Shown: positions 1 to 10,252 of the stretch, in pieces
How positions within the stretch are numbered: position 1 is the stretch's first letter
Layout of the letters: each line of letters starts with the position of its first letter
Source of the DNA: Candidatus Hydrogenedentota bacterium
GTDB taxonomy: Bacteria; Hydrogenedentota; Hydrogenedentia; Hydrogenedentales; SLHB01
Reading direction: 5' to 3'
Length of the DNA stretch: 43,470 bases
NCBI GenBank assembly: GCA_034408725.1
Contig: JAWXCN010000267.1
Coordinates: 1 to 43,470 of the forward strand
The notes under the pieces: generated by a model
Database searches by the model: none
Seen by the model: the letters and a program-made list of their open reading frames with translations, nothing else
What the model was told of the DNA's origin: nothing
Made by a program: the position numbers and the translations under genes

Positions 1-1
1 C

Positions 2-745
2 ATCATCCCCGCGTATAACGAGGAACTGTTTCTCCCGAAAACGTTCTCGGCTATTCGCCGCGCGGAAGCTGCGCTGGGTGAATCGGTCGAGGTTATCGTC
101 GCCGACAACATGAGCAGCGACCAGACGGTCGATGTCGCGCGGGACCTTGGCGCGCGCGTCGTGCAGGAAGAAACACGCTGCATCGGCGTAGTCCGCAATC
201 GCGCCGTGCTGGACGCTAGCAGTGAAAACCTGATTTTTCTCGATGCCGATGACAGCATGTCCGAGAACATGCTGGTGGAAATTAAAAAAGCGATGGAAAG
301 CGGCAAGTATATCGGCGGCGGCGTTGCGCGCACGATCTACGAACGCAACAGTCCGGGCATCTACGTCACCCACGGGTTGCTTCGGTTCAGATTGTGGATC
401 GCGGGCATCTCGCTTTTTCTGATGTACACCACGCGCGAGGCATTCGATGCCATCGGCGGGTACAACGTCACGATGAAAGCCGGAGAAGATTTCGAACTGG
501 GCGCGAAACTGCGCGCGCTGGGGAAAACACGCGGACAGAAATTCATGAACCTGAAAACTGCGTGGCTCGCGAAGTCCGCGCGCAAGTTTGATGAGTATGG
601 CGATTGGGCGACTTTTAAGAATCCAAGATTCACATTCCGCGCCATGCGCAACGAGCCTGACGCCATCCACGAGATTTGGTACAAGGAACGGCGGGTGCCG
701 GGCACCAATAACGACGCGAATGCGCCGAACTCGGGCGAAACCTAG
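2..745 (+). CDS. Glycosyltransferase family 2 (5'-truncated by window edge)
   Basis: The frame is open from base 2 and reads IIPAYNEE...VIVADNMSSDQT...FLDADD...GEDFEL, which are GT-A/GT2 motifs including DxD. The ORF-track start at 110 is internal. Confidence 0.9.
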   Translation: MIPAYNEELFLPKTFSAIRRAEAALGESVEVIVADNMSSDQTVDVARDLGARVVQEETRCIGVVRNRAVLDASSENLIFLDADDSMSENMLVEIKKAMESGKYIGGGVARTIYERNSPGIYVTHGLLRFRLWIAGISLFLMYTTREAFDAIGGYNVTMKAGEDFELGAKLRALGKTRGQKFMNLKTAWLAKSARKFDEYGDWATFKNPRFTFRAMRNEPDAIHEIWYKERRVPGTNNDANAPNSGET

Positions 746-794
746 AGTCACGAGTTTGAGATTCGTTCGATATGAAGTTTGGAAATCAGACCTT

Positions 795-828
795 ACATCC
801 CCCTAAATCCCCCTTCAAAGGGGGACTT
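795..828. repeat. REP-like palindromic repeat, copy 1 (ACATCCCCCTAAATCCCCCTTCAAAGGGGGACTT)
   Basis: Matches the reverse complement of 22873..22906 at 33 of 34 bases. Contains the hairpin TCCCCCTT-CA-AAGGGGGA. Intergenic. Confidence 0.85.
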
Positions 829-906
829 TGAAGATCGGATAATACGCGTGACTTTTGCCAAGGATTTGGGATTCACGACACTAGAGTGGAGCAGTTCTGA
901 AACGAT

Positions 907-1575
907 ATGGAAAAATTTGGCCTCATTTTCGATATGGATGGCGTGCTTGCCGACACGGAGTCATTGATCGCGCGGGCAAGCATAGCGATGTTCCGGGATT
1001 TGTATGGCGTTGATCTCACAGCGGAAGATTTCCGTCCCTTCATCGGCACGGGCGCAGTTCGTTATGTAGAAGGACCGGCGGAAAAGCTGGGCATCACGCT
1101 GAATCTCGATCGCGCGCTCGATGAACGATTGAAAAATTTCACCGCCATGCTCGATGCGGGCGAGTGCGCCGCGTTTCCAGGCGCAGTCGAACTCGTGGAA
1201 GCCGCGGCACGCACAGGCGATTGGAAACTCGCCATCGCAACTTCAAGCCCCCGGCCAAAAGCAATGCCAACGCTAAAGGCCGCGGGCATTCCAATTGAGA
1301 TGTTCTCCGAAATCATCACCGGCGACATGGTTACCCACAAGAAACCGCATCCCGAAATTTACGAAGCGGCACAGTCAGCCATCGACATTCCGAAAACGCG
1401 CTGCATTGTTTTGGAAGATGCGGTCACCGGCGTCACCGCTGCCAAAGCGGCGGGACTCCGCTGTATCGGCATCACGAACAGTTTCCGGCGCGATGAATTG
1501 GCCAAGGCCGACGTCGTTGTGGGATCGTTGGAAGACGTTAGCCTGGCGATGCTGCGTAAGATCATTGGGAACTAA
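907..1575 (+). CDS. HAD-family phosphatase (beta-phosphoglucomutase-like)
   Basis: FDMDGVLADTE (motif I), ATSS (II), KKPHPEIY (III), LEDAVTG (IV). Confidence 0.9.
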   Translation: MEKFGLIFDMDGVLADTESLIARASIAMFRDLYGVDLTAEDFRPFIGTGAVRYVEGPAEKLGITLNLDRALDERLKNFTAMLDAGECAAFPGAVELVEAAARTGDWKLAIATSSPRPKAMPTLKAAGIPIEMFSEIITGDMVTHKKPHPEIYEAAQSAIDIPKTRCIVLEDAVTGVTAAKAAGLRCIGITNSFRRDELAKADVVVGSLEDVSLAMLRKIIGN

Positions 1576-2616
1576 TTGCTCGTGAACCGGCGCCACTTCA
1601 TTCAATATTCAACAGTGTTGGCGGGCGCGACCCTCAGCGCGTCACCGGGAGAGGCAAGAATGCGTTCGAGTCGAGCCTTCCACGCTTATCAAAAGAATCG
1701 CCGCAAGTTGCTGTGGTCGCTGCTCGGCGACCTTCCCGCTCCGCGCACACCCACGGCCACACTGCTTCGTACGGAGCAACACGACGGCTACAAGATCGAG
1801 CATCTTGTGCTCGATCTCAATGGTATTGAACCAGTCCCCGCACTACTGCTCATTCCCGACAACCTCAAAGCCCCCGCGCCCGCAATGCACTACATCCACT
1901 GGCACGGCGGTGACTACTTCGTCGGCAAGCAGGAACTGCTTATCGGCACGGATGTCATGCAACCCTACGCCCCCGTCTATGCTGAAAAAGGTATCGTTGC
2001 ACTCGCCATCGACAGTTGGTGCTTTGGCGAGCGCGCGCCGTATCCCGACAACGGCGGTCGCGGCGAAGGCGATACCTTCAAGGAAATGCTGTGGAAGGGA
2101 CAAGTGCTGTTCGGCATGATGATGTTCGACGAGTGGCAGACGCTCAACTACCTGTGCTCGCGCCCGGAAGTCGATACATCGCGCATTGGCTCGTTCGGCA
2201 TTTCGATGGGCTCGACCAAGTCGTGGTGGCTTGCGGCCCTCGATGAACGCATCAAGGTCTGCATGGACCTCTGTTGCCTCACCGACTTCGAGGCGCTACT
2301 TGAAGACGACGGACAATACGGCCACGGCATCTATTATTATGTGCCGAGCCTGCTAAAACATTTCCAGACCCATGAAATCAACGAACTCATCGTGCCGCGT
2401 CCGCGATTGAGCCTGAATGGACGCGAAGACAAACTTACCCCGGCCCGTGGCGTCGAGCGGGTGCGCGACGAGCTGCTCCCCCTCTACCGCGAATACGGCG
2501 ACGAACAGGACTGCCGTATCGAACTCTTCGATTGCGGCCACACCGAACTACCCGAGATGCGCGCGATTGTTCTGGAATGGCTGGACCGTTATCTCGTGAA
2601 CGCAAAACCAGCGTAG
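1576..2616 (+). CDS. Tat-exported alpha/beta hydrolase (dienelactone hydrolase/acetylxylan esterase-like)
   Basis: Twin-arginine signal NRRHFIQ, HWHGG, nucleophile elbow GISMG, later Asp (GREDKL) and His (CGH). An alternative start is GTG at 1582. Confidence 0.75.
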   Translation: MLVNRRHFIQYSTVLAGATLSASPGEARMRSSRAFHAYQKNRRKLLWSLLGDLPAPRTPTATLLRTEQHDGYKIEHLVLDLNGIEPVPALLLIPDNLKAPAPAMHYIHWHGGDYFVGKQELLIGTDVMQPYAPVYAEKGIVALAIDSWCFGERAPYPDNGGRGEGDTFKEMLWKGQVLFGMMMFDEWQTLNYLCSRPEVDTSRIGSFGISMGSTKSWWLAALDERIKVCMDLCCLTDFEALLEDDGQYGHGIYYYVPSLLKHFQTHEINELIVPRPRLSLNGREDKLTPARGVERVRDELLPLYREYGDEQDCRIELFDCGHTELPEMRAIVLEWLDRYLVNAKPA

Positions 2617-2619
2617 TCA

Positions 2620-2649
2620 TTGCACGATCTCGCTCCGTTTTGATACGAT
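2620..2649 (+). promoter_or_regulatory. Putative sigma70 promoter of alaS operon
   Basis: TTGCAC (2620-2625), 18-nt spacer ending in TGA (extended -10), TACGAT (2644-2649). GGAG RBS before the GTG at 2702. Confidence 0.55.
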
Positions 2650-2701
2650 TGTTTGTTACGTTTCATTCTGTATTTCCGTTGCATTTGCTGGAGTTTTATA
2701 C

Positions 2702-5341
2702 GTGAAGAGCGACGATATCCGTTCGAGTTACCTCGAATTTTTCCGCGAGCGCGGGCATGTTGTCGAACGTAGCGACAAGATCGTGCCCAGCAACGATCCT
2801 ACCCTGCTGTTTACAAGCGCGGGCATGGTCCAGTTCAAACCGTTTTACACGGGCGAGGCGCCAGTCCCCTACCGCCGCGCGACCACGTCGCAGAAATGCC
2901 TGCGCGCGGGCGGCAAGGCGAACGACCTTGATGAAGTCGGCAAGACCTCGCGGCACCTCACCTTTTTCGAAATGCTCGGCAACTTTTCATTTGGCGACTA
3001 TTTTAAGCGCGAAACCCTGCAATGGGGCTGGGAGTATTCCACCGAAGTCATCAAACTCGATCCGGAAACCATTTGGGTGTCGGTATTCGAGGATGATGAC
3101 GAGGCTTATGCAATTTGGGAGAAGGAAATAGGTATTCCTTCACGCCGAATCGTGCGCCTTGGCGCGAAGGAAAATTTCTGGGGCCCGGCGGGCGATACAG
3201 GGGCGTGCGGTCCGTGCAGTGAAATGCACATTGATCGCGGTGAACATCTCGGCTGCGGAAAACCCGGCTGCGCGCCAGGCTGCGACGACTGCGAACGGTT
3301 CATGGAATATTGGAACCACGTGTTCCCACAATTCGACCAGCAGCCCGACGGTTCACGCCCACCGCTCAAGAACCGCGGCGTCGATACCGGCGTGGGTCTC
3401 GAACGCCTCGCCGCGCTTTTGCAAAACAAGGAAACGGTTTTCGATACCGACGGCATCTACCCCATCATCGAAGCAACTCAGTCGCTCAGCAAAATCTCCT
3501 ACGCAAAGAATCCGGTGCCCTACCGCGTCATCGCGGACCACGCGCGCGCGCTTTCATTCATGATCGCCGACGGTGTGCTTCCTGGTAACGAGGGACGCGG
3601 CTATGTCGAGCGACGCTTGTTGCGTCGCGCCGCGCGATTTGGCAGAGAAATCGGTTTGGAAAAACCGTTCCTCCACGAAGTAGTGAACACCGTAGTGGAC
3701 CGCATGAGCAATCAGTATCCCGAACTGGCCGAAAGCCGTTCATCAATAACCAAAATTATTGTGACCGAGGAAGAACGCTTTCAAAGCACACTCGCGCGTG
3801 GAATGGGCATACTCGATGCCATGTTCGAGAAACTCGCCAAGTCGGGCGACAAAACCATTCCGGGGGATGAATTGTTCAAGCTCCATGATACATTTGGATT
3901 CCCCCTTGATCTCGCGACGGACATCGCCGTAGACCACGGGTATGCTGTTGATCGCGACGGCTTCGAGTCCGCCATGAAGCGCCAGCGCGAACAGGCGCGT
4001 AGCGCGTGGACAGGCAGCGGCGCGGATGCCCTCTCCCCGATCTATCGCTTGCTGCACACGGAATTGGGCGACACGGCGTTCACCGGCTACGATACGATGC
4101 AAGGCACGGCGACCATCAAGGCTATTGTGCGAAACGGCGAGCGCGTCAAATCGCTTCAACGCGACGACGAGGGCGAGATCATCCTGGACGCGACCCCTTT
4201 CTACGCGGAATCCGGCGGTCAGATCGGCGATGTAGGCTATCTCGACCGCGTCAACGGCAGCGCGCACATCAGCGTAACAAAAGCACCGGTAGGCAAGCTT
4301 GTAACGCATCATGCGCGCATCACCAAGGGCGCGCTGCGTGACGGCGATACGGTCCACTCAATCGTCGATGAACACGCGCGCACGGCGACAATGAGTCATC
4401 ACACAGCCACCCACCTGTTGCAGGCCGCGTTGCAGGACATTTTGGGCGATCATGTCCATCAAGCCGGTTCGCTGGTAACACCAGAGCGTCTGCGCTTCGA
4501 CTTCACCCACTTCGAAGGAATCGGCGGCGCGCGCTTGCTGGATATCGAGCGAAAGGTAAACCAGTTCATTCGGACCGATACGCCCGTCTCAATTCGGCAG
4601 ATGCCGCTGACGGACGCGCGCGCCGCTGGTGCGATGGCGTTGTTCGGCGAAAAATATGGCGACGTTGTCCGCGTCGTGACAGTAGGCGATATCAGCATGG
4701 AACTCTGCGGCGGCACCCATGTCCATACAACCGGCGTGATTGGCTACTTCAAAATCACCCAGGAATCATCCATTGCCGCCGGCGTGCGGCGCATTGAGGC
4801 GGTATGCGGCGAACCCGCGGTGGACGCGCTTCAAGCGCGCGAACGCAACCTACAGGTTGCGCTGCAATTGCTGGCGACCACTCCGGAACACCTCGAATCG
4901 CGCGTGCAATCCTTGCTCGACGAGAACAAACGTTTGCAACGCGAGGTGGCCAAGTGGAAACAGCAAGCGGCTGTCGGCGCGCAAACCGATTACCTCGATC
5001 GCGTGCAGCGCGTCGACGGCGTGCAACTGCTCGCCGTGCAGATCGACGGTCAGGACGCCGAAGGGCTTCGCGCAGTGATGGACAAACTCCGCGAGAGGTT
5101 GCCGTCGGGCGTACTCGTATTGGGTAGCGCAAGCGAGGGAAAAGCATCGTTGTGTGTCGGTGTTTCAAAAGACCTCACCGGAAAAGTGCGGGCCGGCGAT
5201 CTCGTAAAACAGCTCGCGCCCATTGTCGGCGGCGGAGGCGGTGGACGTCCCGATCTTGCGCAGGCTGGCGGTAAACATCCCGAGCATCTGCCAGACGTGA
5301 TTGCGAAGGCGCCTGAAATCCTCAAGGCATTGATAGGATAA
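2702..5341 (+). CDS. alaS: Alanine--tRNA ligase
   Basis: DPTLLFTSAGMVQFK, HLTFFEMLGNFSFGDYFK, editing motifs HHTATHLL and ELCGGTHV, C-terminal GGGGGGRPDLAQAGG. Confidence 0.99.
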   Translation: MKSDDIRSSYLEFFRERGHVVERSDKIVPSNDPTLLFTSAGMVQFKPFYTGEAPVPYRRATTSQKCLRAGGKANDLDEVGKTSRHLTFFEMLGNFSFGDYFKRETLQWGWEYSTEVIKLDPETIWVSVFEDDDEAYAIWEKEIGIPSRRIVRLGAKENFWGPAGDTGACGPCSEMHIDRGEHLGCGKPGCAPGCDDCERFMEYWNHVFPQFDQQPDGSRPPLKNRGVDTGVGLERLAALLQNKETVFDTDGIYPIIEATQSLSKISYAKNPVPYRVIADHARALSFMIADGVLPGNEGRGYVERRLLRRAARFGREIGLEKPFLHEVVNTVVDRMSNQYPELAESRSSITKIIVTEEERFQSTLARGMGILDAMFEKLAKSGDKTIPGDELFKLHDTFGFPLDLATDIAVDHGYAVDRDGFESAMKRQREQARSAWTGSGADALSPIYRLLHTELGDTAFTGYDTMQGTATIKAIVRNGERVKSLQRDDEGEIILDATPFYAESGGQIGDVGYLDRVNGSAHISVTKAPVGKLVTHHARITKGALRDGDTVHSIVDEHARTATMSHHTATHLLQAALQDILGDHVHQAGSLVTPERLRFDFTHFEGIGGARLLDIERKVNQFIRTDTPVSIRQMPLTDARAAGAMALFGEKYGDVVRVVTVGDISMELCGGTHVHTTGVIGYFKITQESSIAAGVRRIEAVCGEPAVDALQARERNLQVALQLLATTPEHLESRVQSLLDENKRLQREVAKWKQQAAVGAQTDYLDRVQRVDGVQLLAVQIDGQDAEGLRAVMDKLRERLPSGVLVLGSASEGKASLCVGVSKDLTGKVRAGDLVKQLAPIVGGGGGGRPDLAQAGGKHPEHLPDVIAKAPEILKALIG

Positions 5342-5346
5342 GCACG

Positions 5347-5793
5347 GTGCCGGAGTATGGCCGCTGCATGGCGTTAGACGTAGGCAATGTGCGCATTGGC
5401 GTCGCGGTGAGCGATCCGCTCGGCATCATTTCGCAGCCGCATTCCGTCATTACCGTAAAATCGCCGGAAGCTGATGCGGAAGCCGTTCGCGCGCTCGTCG
5501 CCGAAACCGATACCTGTTGCCTCGTGGTTGGCCTGCCGCTCAATCTCGAAGGCAAACAGGGACCGCAAGCGGAAAAGGTGCTCGCCTTTGTTGAACTCCT
5601 GCGCAATTCCATCCCCATAGACATTGTGCTTCAAGACGAACGCTACTCGACCGCAGCCGCCCAGCGCGAGTTGATCGATGCCGGTGTGCGGCGCAAGCAG
5701 CGGAAAGGCCTCATCGATAAAGCTGCCGCGCAACGCATCCTCCAAGTGTTTCTCGACCGCCGCGCCCACGAAAAAAAATCGGGCGAAGCATGA
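5347..5793 (+). CDS. ruvX: Holliday junction resolvase-like / pre-16S rRNA nuclease RuvX (YqgF)
   Basis: ALDVGNVRIGVAVSD, VVGLPL, DERYST, IDKAAAQRILQ. Conserved alaS-ruvX-mltG synteny. Confidence 0.95.
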   Translation: MPEYGRCMALDVGNVRIGVAVSDPLGIISQPHSVITVKSPEADAEAVRALVAETDTCCLVVGLPLNLEGKQGPQAEKVLAFVELLRNSIPIDIVLQDERYSTAAAQRELIDAGVRRKQRKGLIDKAAAQRILQVFLDRRAHEKKSGEA

Positions 5794-6896
5794 CCAATTC
5801 CACTTCGCCGGATAAAAAGCCGAAGCCCTCCTGCGCGCGCGTGCTGTTCCGCCTATTCCTTTTCTGCATTGGACTGGGCGCGGTGTTAACAGTAGGCGTG
5901 GCGTTTGGCGCGTATCTCGTTTACGATCACGTTACTGGAAAAGGAACGCCGGGGGATTTGGTGCGGATCGAAATTCCGCCCGGAGTCACGGGTGCGAAAG
6001 CGGGCGAAGTCCTGACACAGCAAACGTTGATCGACCACCCCATACTTTTTCGCATGGCGGTGCGGTTGGACAAAGTGAAGACTCCAATCAAGCAGGGCTT
6101 TTACGACATTCCGAAAGGATTGTCGCCAACGGAAATACTCCGGATGCTGCAAGAAGGTCCGAATATTTCCGATTCGCGCTTCAAGGTCACTGTCGCGGAG
6201 GGTCAGACAATCCGCCAAACGGCGTTGCAACTTAAAGACGGCGAAGCGTTCATTCGCGCCGCATCCGACCCCGAACTGATTCGATCGGTTGGCCTGAATG
6301 TTTCCACCCTCGAAGGCTTCCTGATGCCGGACACCTATTTCTTCACGGAGGAACCCAAGGCGGAGGACCTGGTCCGGCGCATGGCGGACCAATTCAAAAA
6401 GCGCTACGCCGAGTCATTGGATACTCTTCCCTCCACGCCATCCCATACGATGCTCGAGATCGTGACTGTCGCGTCGCTGGTCGAAGAAGAGTCCCGTGTT
6501 GAAGATGAACGCGCGACGATTGCTTCAGTGATTTATAATCGCCTCGAACGAAACATGACACTCGATTTTGACAGCACATTGCAATTCGCCCTCGACAAAT
6601 ATGGACAGCGCCTCCTCGATAGTGATAAGGCAATCGATTCTCCGTACAATACCTATCGCAACGAGGGGTTGCCGCCGGGGCCCATATCCAGCCCGGGAGC
6701 GGCATCGCTTTGGGCGGCGTTGCAACCGGCTGATACCGATTTTCTGTTTTTTGTGTCCAATGCCGATGGCAAAACGCATACATTCACCGAAACATTGGAA
6801 GAGCACAACCGGGCAGTTGCGAAGTATCGCCGGGAAATCGCAGTGCAGCGAAAAGAGCAGGCCGCCGATGCCGAAAACAATAGTCAGCCTCAGTAA
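5790..6896 (+). CDS. mltG: Endolytic transglycosylase MltG
   Basis: N-terminal TM helix, LEGFLMPDTY, ASLVEEE, SPYNTYRNEGLPPGPISSPG, FLFFVS. Confidence 0.95.
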   Translation: MTNSTSPDKKPKPSCARVLFRLFLFCIGLGAVLTVGVAFGAYLVYDHVTGKGTPGDLVRIEIPPGVTGAKAGEVLTQQTLIDHPILFRMAVRLDKVKTPIKQGFYDIPKGLSPTEILRMLQEGPNISDSRFKVTVAEGQTIRQTALQLKDGEAFIRAASDPELIRSVGLNVSTLEGFLMPDTYFFTEEPKAEDLVRRMADQFKKRYAESLDTLPSTPSHTMLEIVTVASLVEEESRVEDERATIASVIYNRLERNMTLDFDSTLQFALDKYGQRLLDSDKAIDSPYNTYRNEGLPPGPISSPGAASLWAALQPADTDFLFFVSNADGKTHTFTETLEEHNRAVAKYRREIAVQRKEQAADAENNSQPQ

Positions 6897-7692
6897 GCCG
6901 TTGATTCCGCGCAAGCGCGTTATGGTAGCGGTTGCGCTGGAACATGCATACGAGCTTCGCTTGGCGCGCGATTACGGCGTGGGCGTCGAGGTGCAGACCT
7001 TCGGGTTTCCACAGTACCTTGCGAAAGACACGTCCAAACTACTTCAGCAGATGTCGGCGAAGACAGCGGAATTAAAAGGACCCATCGGACTCCACGGGCC
7101 GTTTATCGACACCATTCACCACAGTCCCGATCCCGAAATTCGCGAAGTTTGCCGGATTCGCTACCTCCGCGCGTTCGACATGGCGGAGGCTATCGGCGCG
7201 CAGTACGTGCTGTTTCATAGCCAATTCAATCCCGTCATCCGCGTGCCTGTTTATAAAAAGAGTTATCACGACGAAAGCCTTCGGTTCTGGCCGGAACTCG
7301 TCGAAGAGGCAGAGCTGCGGCGCATGCCGATTTACATCGAAAACATGTTTGAAGACGACCCCGTTCCCGCGCGAAAGGTCGCGGATGCAATCGACTCGCC
7401 GTACTTCAAACTTTGCCTGGACGTCGCCCACGCCGCGATACATTCGTCACTTGATATCAAAGAATGGATCGACACCTGCGGCGAACATCTCCGGCATGTT
7501 CATGTCAACGACTGCATGGGGAAAATGGACGATCACCTCGGCCTTGGCCAAGGCGTTCTTGACCTGCCGCGCGCGTTCGCATTACTCAAGAAAACCGGCC
7601 TGCAATTGAACTACGTGCTCGAGACGCATAAGAACACAATTGCCAGCATGCGCTACCTCGGCATAGACAAGGCCGGACCGCGCGGTGCGTGA
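6868..7692 (+). CDS. Sugar phosphate isomerase/epimerase (xylose isomerase-like TIM barrel)
   Basis: LHGPF, YIENM, LCLDVAH, HVHVND, DDHLGLGQG metal-binding motifs. Start set at ATG 6868 (or 6922); the track start at 6568 overlaps mltG by more than 300 nt. Confidence 0.85.
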   Translation: MPKTIVSLSKPLIPRKRVMVAVALEHAYELRLARDYGVGVEVQTFGFPQYLAKDTSKLLQQMSAKTAELKGPIGLHGPFIDTIHHSPDPEIREVCRIRYLRAFDMAEAIGAQYVLFHSQFNPVIRVPVYKKSYHDESLRFWPELVEEAELRRMPIYIENMFEDDPVPARKVADAIDSPYFKLCLDVAHAAIHSSLDIKEWIDTCGEHLRHVHVNDCMGKMDDHLGLGQGVLDLPRAFALLKKTGLQLNYVLETHKNTIASMRYLGIDKAGPRGA

Positions 7693-8101
7693 GGCTTTGA
7701 TCAGCGTCATGCTGGTCCTCCCCTTTTTCGCCATTTGTAATTCCATAGTAACCGGCAATGGGATTCTCCACTTTGTGCGAAATACTCCCGCGATCTCAAC
7801 ATGGCAACACATGGAATCGTTCAAATCCATGGTCGCGAAACAAATGTATTCAGCATTGGTTCAAATTCTGCTCCTGATTGTTCCCGTGCCCGTATTCGTA
7901 GCGGGCGTGATGATGGGCGCGTTGAATACCATCGAATGCCTTTACTTCATCCTTCCGCCAAGTCTTGTCGTGCTTGGTGTCGGGCTTTTGTACAAAAAAC
8001 TCGAACACCGCGCGCAGACACTACCCGTATCAGATGAATTCTCGGCCGAGTATCAGCGCGTGATCGAGGTGTGGATGAAGAAGCCCTTGCCGAAATGGTA
8101 A
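7685..8101 (+). CDS. Hypothetical membrane protein
   Basis: 138 aa with about 3 hydrophobic segments; overlaps the upstream stop codon. Confidence 0.6.
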   Translation: MREALISVMLVLPFFAICNSIVTGNGILHFVRNTPAISTWQHMESFKSMVAKQMYSALVQILLLIVPVPVFVAGVMMGALNTIECLYFILPPSLVVLGVGLLYKKLEHRAQTLPVSDEFSAEYQRVIEVWMKKPLPKW

Positions 8102-8106
8102 ATGCG

Positions 8107-8152
8107 GGGGACAGGCCCCGGCATCCGAAACGCGATGCCGGCGACAGTCCCC
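8107..8152. terminator. Hairpin between convergent genes (bidirectional terminator or REP-like element)
   Basis: Outer stem GGGGAC/GTCCCC and inner stem CCGGCATC/GATGCCGG, lying between the stops at 8101 (+) and 8158 (-). Confidence 0.55.
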
Positions 8153-8157
8153 TCAGT

Positions 8158-9480
8158 TCATTCCGTGGACACTTGTTCGTAGGCTGGTCCGAAAATGCGG
8201 CTGGTCCATTCCATGCCCGATTGCCAACCCACCACCGTGGATTCCGCGGTCGAGTAACACGACACCAACAGGAACAGTCCCGCGGTTGCCCATTGCCAGC
8301 GCCGTTGCATGCGTTGCACGGCAGGCACTGCCATCAGCAGAAGTACCGGCATCGACGCAATGTACCAGCGAAATCCATACGACTCGCCGCCGTAATTATT
8401 CGTCGAAGAAACGTAGTACGCGACGAGGATGAAAAAACAAGCGAGCGCGGAGATTGCGCCGGTTCGCATAAAACGGGTTTGGTCCACCGATGTGCTGACA
8501 CCCAGAATCCCAAGGAATAGCACGGGGAAAAGCAGGAAAACGCCGCAGCGCCCGAATGTTGTGTGAAACAAATAGTTGAGCTTGGGTTCGCTCAGCGCAT
8601 CGATTCCAAGCGGATGCCGCCAGTATGCCGATTCGTACATATAAGTCGTTTCGCGCATTTGCACGGGCAAAAAACTTCCGGTGACCGACCAGGTGATTCC
8701 GAAGTGAACGGCCAATGGCAATACACCGCCCAGGAGTGTCCACATCGCCGTTTGTCGCGGAAACTTCCATAAGAGCGCGCAACCCAGCGCGGCAATATAG
8801 ATACCGGCTGGCATGTCGAGTGTCGGCACGAGCGCGCCGATGAATCCAAATGCCGCAAACCGCCACGGCGACGGAGAAACTTTTTGACCGAGAATTCCGA
8901 GCGCAAGATAAATGGCAACCATAAGTGCCGCCGCGGCCGGAACGTGGTTGTTGATGGTAATGCTGTATCCGGCGAGTTGCGTACCGAAAGCAAGTGAGGT
9001 AAGCAGGAATATTTTTTTCCCGGCAGACACCTCGAAGAAGGAGATCGTTTTGTAGAAGAAATTCAGCGTGACCAGAAACGCGCCAGATACCAACAATACA
9101 GTCAGGACAACTAGCAGGGCATCGACATCGTCCGCACGTTGAAGTGTCCACCCGGTGACGGCCCGCGTGGCAAGATAGACACCTGTCATGGCCAAGGGCA
9201 TGATGGGCGGCTTGCTCGAGATAAGCCGTCCACCCCGCATCACACCGTCTTCCTCGATACCTCCTACGGCTACCTTGTCGATAGTATCGGCGGCAAAAGT
9301 GTTATCAGGCTGATCGATGAACCATGTGGAATGTTCGGTCAAGCTGTAAACCGTCGCAAGGCGGCTGCTCGCAAGATCGCCCTGCGAGCTAAAGAATGCG
9401 CCGATGCAGGATGCAACGAACGCCGTGCCGATAATCAACCATGCCGCGTTCCTGCCCGGCGGACTCGCAGGCCACTGCAT
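8158..9480 (-). CDS. Polytopic membrane protein, possibly GT-C-fold glycosyltransferase-like
   Basis: About 10 hydrophobic segments. First loop has D..SRLAT..L.EH...ID..TIDK...SSKPP and a late loop has GGESYGFRW, a layout typical of GT-C enzymes (inference). Confidence 0.55.
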   Translation of the reverse strand: MQWPASPPGRNAAWLIIGTAFVASCIGAFFSSQGDLASSRLATVYSLTEHSTWFIDQPDNTFAADTIDKVAVGGIEEDGVMRGGRLISSKPPIMPLAMTGVYLATRAVTGWTLQRADDVDALLVVLTVLLVSGAFLVTLNFFYKTISFFEVSAGKKIFLLTSLAFGTQLAGYSITINNHVPAAAALMVAIYLALGILGQKVSPSPWRFAAFGFIGALVPTLDMPAGIYIAALGCALLWKFPRQTAMWTLLGGVLPLAVHFGITWSVTGSFLPVQMRETTYMYESAYWRHPLGIDALSEPKLNYLFHTTFGRCGVFLLFPVLFLGILGVSTSVDQTRFMRTGAISALACFFILVAYYVSSTNNYGGESYGFRWYIASMPVLLLMAVPAVQRMQRRWQWATAGLFLLVSCYSTAESTVVGWQSGMEWTSRIFGPAYEQVSTE

Positions 9481-9492
9481 TGCGCGACTGGG

Positions 9493-10125
9493 CTAGCGCC
9501 CGGTCACGGTGGACCACGCGCGTTGCCACCAACTCTCTGAGCCTTCTTCTTCGGCCGCGACAGTGCGCTCCACTTCTTCCTGCGCCGGGACCCATTCTCC
9601 GTTCACATTTTCTTCGGTGAGCTCCGCGACAAACAGGCTACCCGCGCGGTACCAGCGCCCATTGCGCATCTCGAAGGTCTGCGTTTCGGCGCCGGTGTCT
9701 CGAAAATAGTTTGAATCAGCGGTTGCTTCTTCGCGTTTGCGATGCATCTTTGTGGCGAACCGCTGCTTCCTAATCGTCACCTGTGCGCGGTAAGGCACGG
9801 TGCGCGATTCCGTTTCCTGCATGTCGATGACCGCTTCCGCGGACCCCGCCGGGTAGAGGTAGTATTCTTTGAAAAAATACGGCCGCATGTGTACGAGCTT
9901 GCTGCCAGCTTCGGAACTGGCTTGGCCTGTGGACTGAATATAATTATTCACGGCCTCTCGCAACCGCGCTTCCCTGTCGGCGCCGTCATCCGTGACCTGC
10001 GCACTTGGCGCGGCGGCAACGCTTGCCTGCTCATCACCACCCCGGCCAAACGTACCGCAGGAGACCGCGCTGAGTAGCAGCCCAAGCCCAACAAAGATAT
10101 GAAACGACGTTCCGCTGGCGCGCAT
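9493..10125 (-). CDS. Hypothetical lipoprotein
   Basis: Hydrophobic leader with lipobox-like AVSC. AAGGAG RBS upstream. Confidence 0.7.
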   Translation of the reverse strand: MRASGTSFHIFVGLGLLLSAVSCGTFGRGGDEQASVAAAPSAQVTDDGADREARLREAVNNYIQSTGQASSEAGSKLVHMRPYFFKEYYLYPAGSAEAVIDMQETESRTVPYRAQVTIRKQRFATKMHRKREEATADSNYFRDTGAETQTFEMRNGRWYRAGSLFVAELTEENVNGEWVPAQEEVERTVAAEEEGSESWWQRAWSTVTGR

Positions 10126-10252
10126 ACGATTTCGGGTGCTCCTTGTCTTTGACGGGATACGAAAGCCCGCGAATCGCGGCCTGTTATTTCCCCCGGAAGC
10201 CGCGATTGTAACACGGCAGGCGTGCCGCGTTGCAACGAATATCGGTTCGGGC

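Noticed and set aside
779-967. Small ORFs sharing IPLNPPSKGD (779..967 and 22707..22928) as a peptide family
   Set aside because: The shared peptide is just the translation of the 34-bp palindromic DNA repeat.
6568-6867. N-terminal extension of the TIM-barrel ORF
   Set aside because: It lies within mltG in another frame and has no recognisable features.
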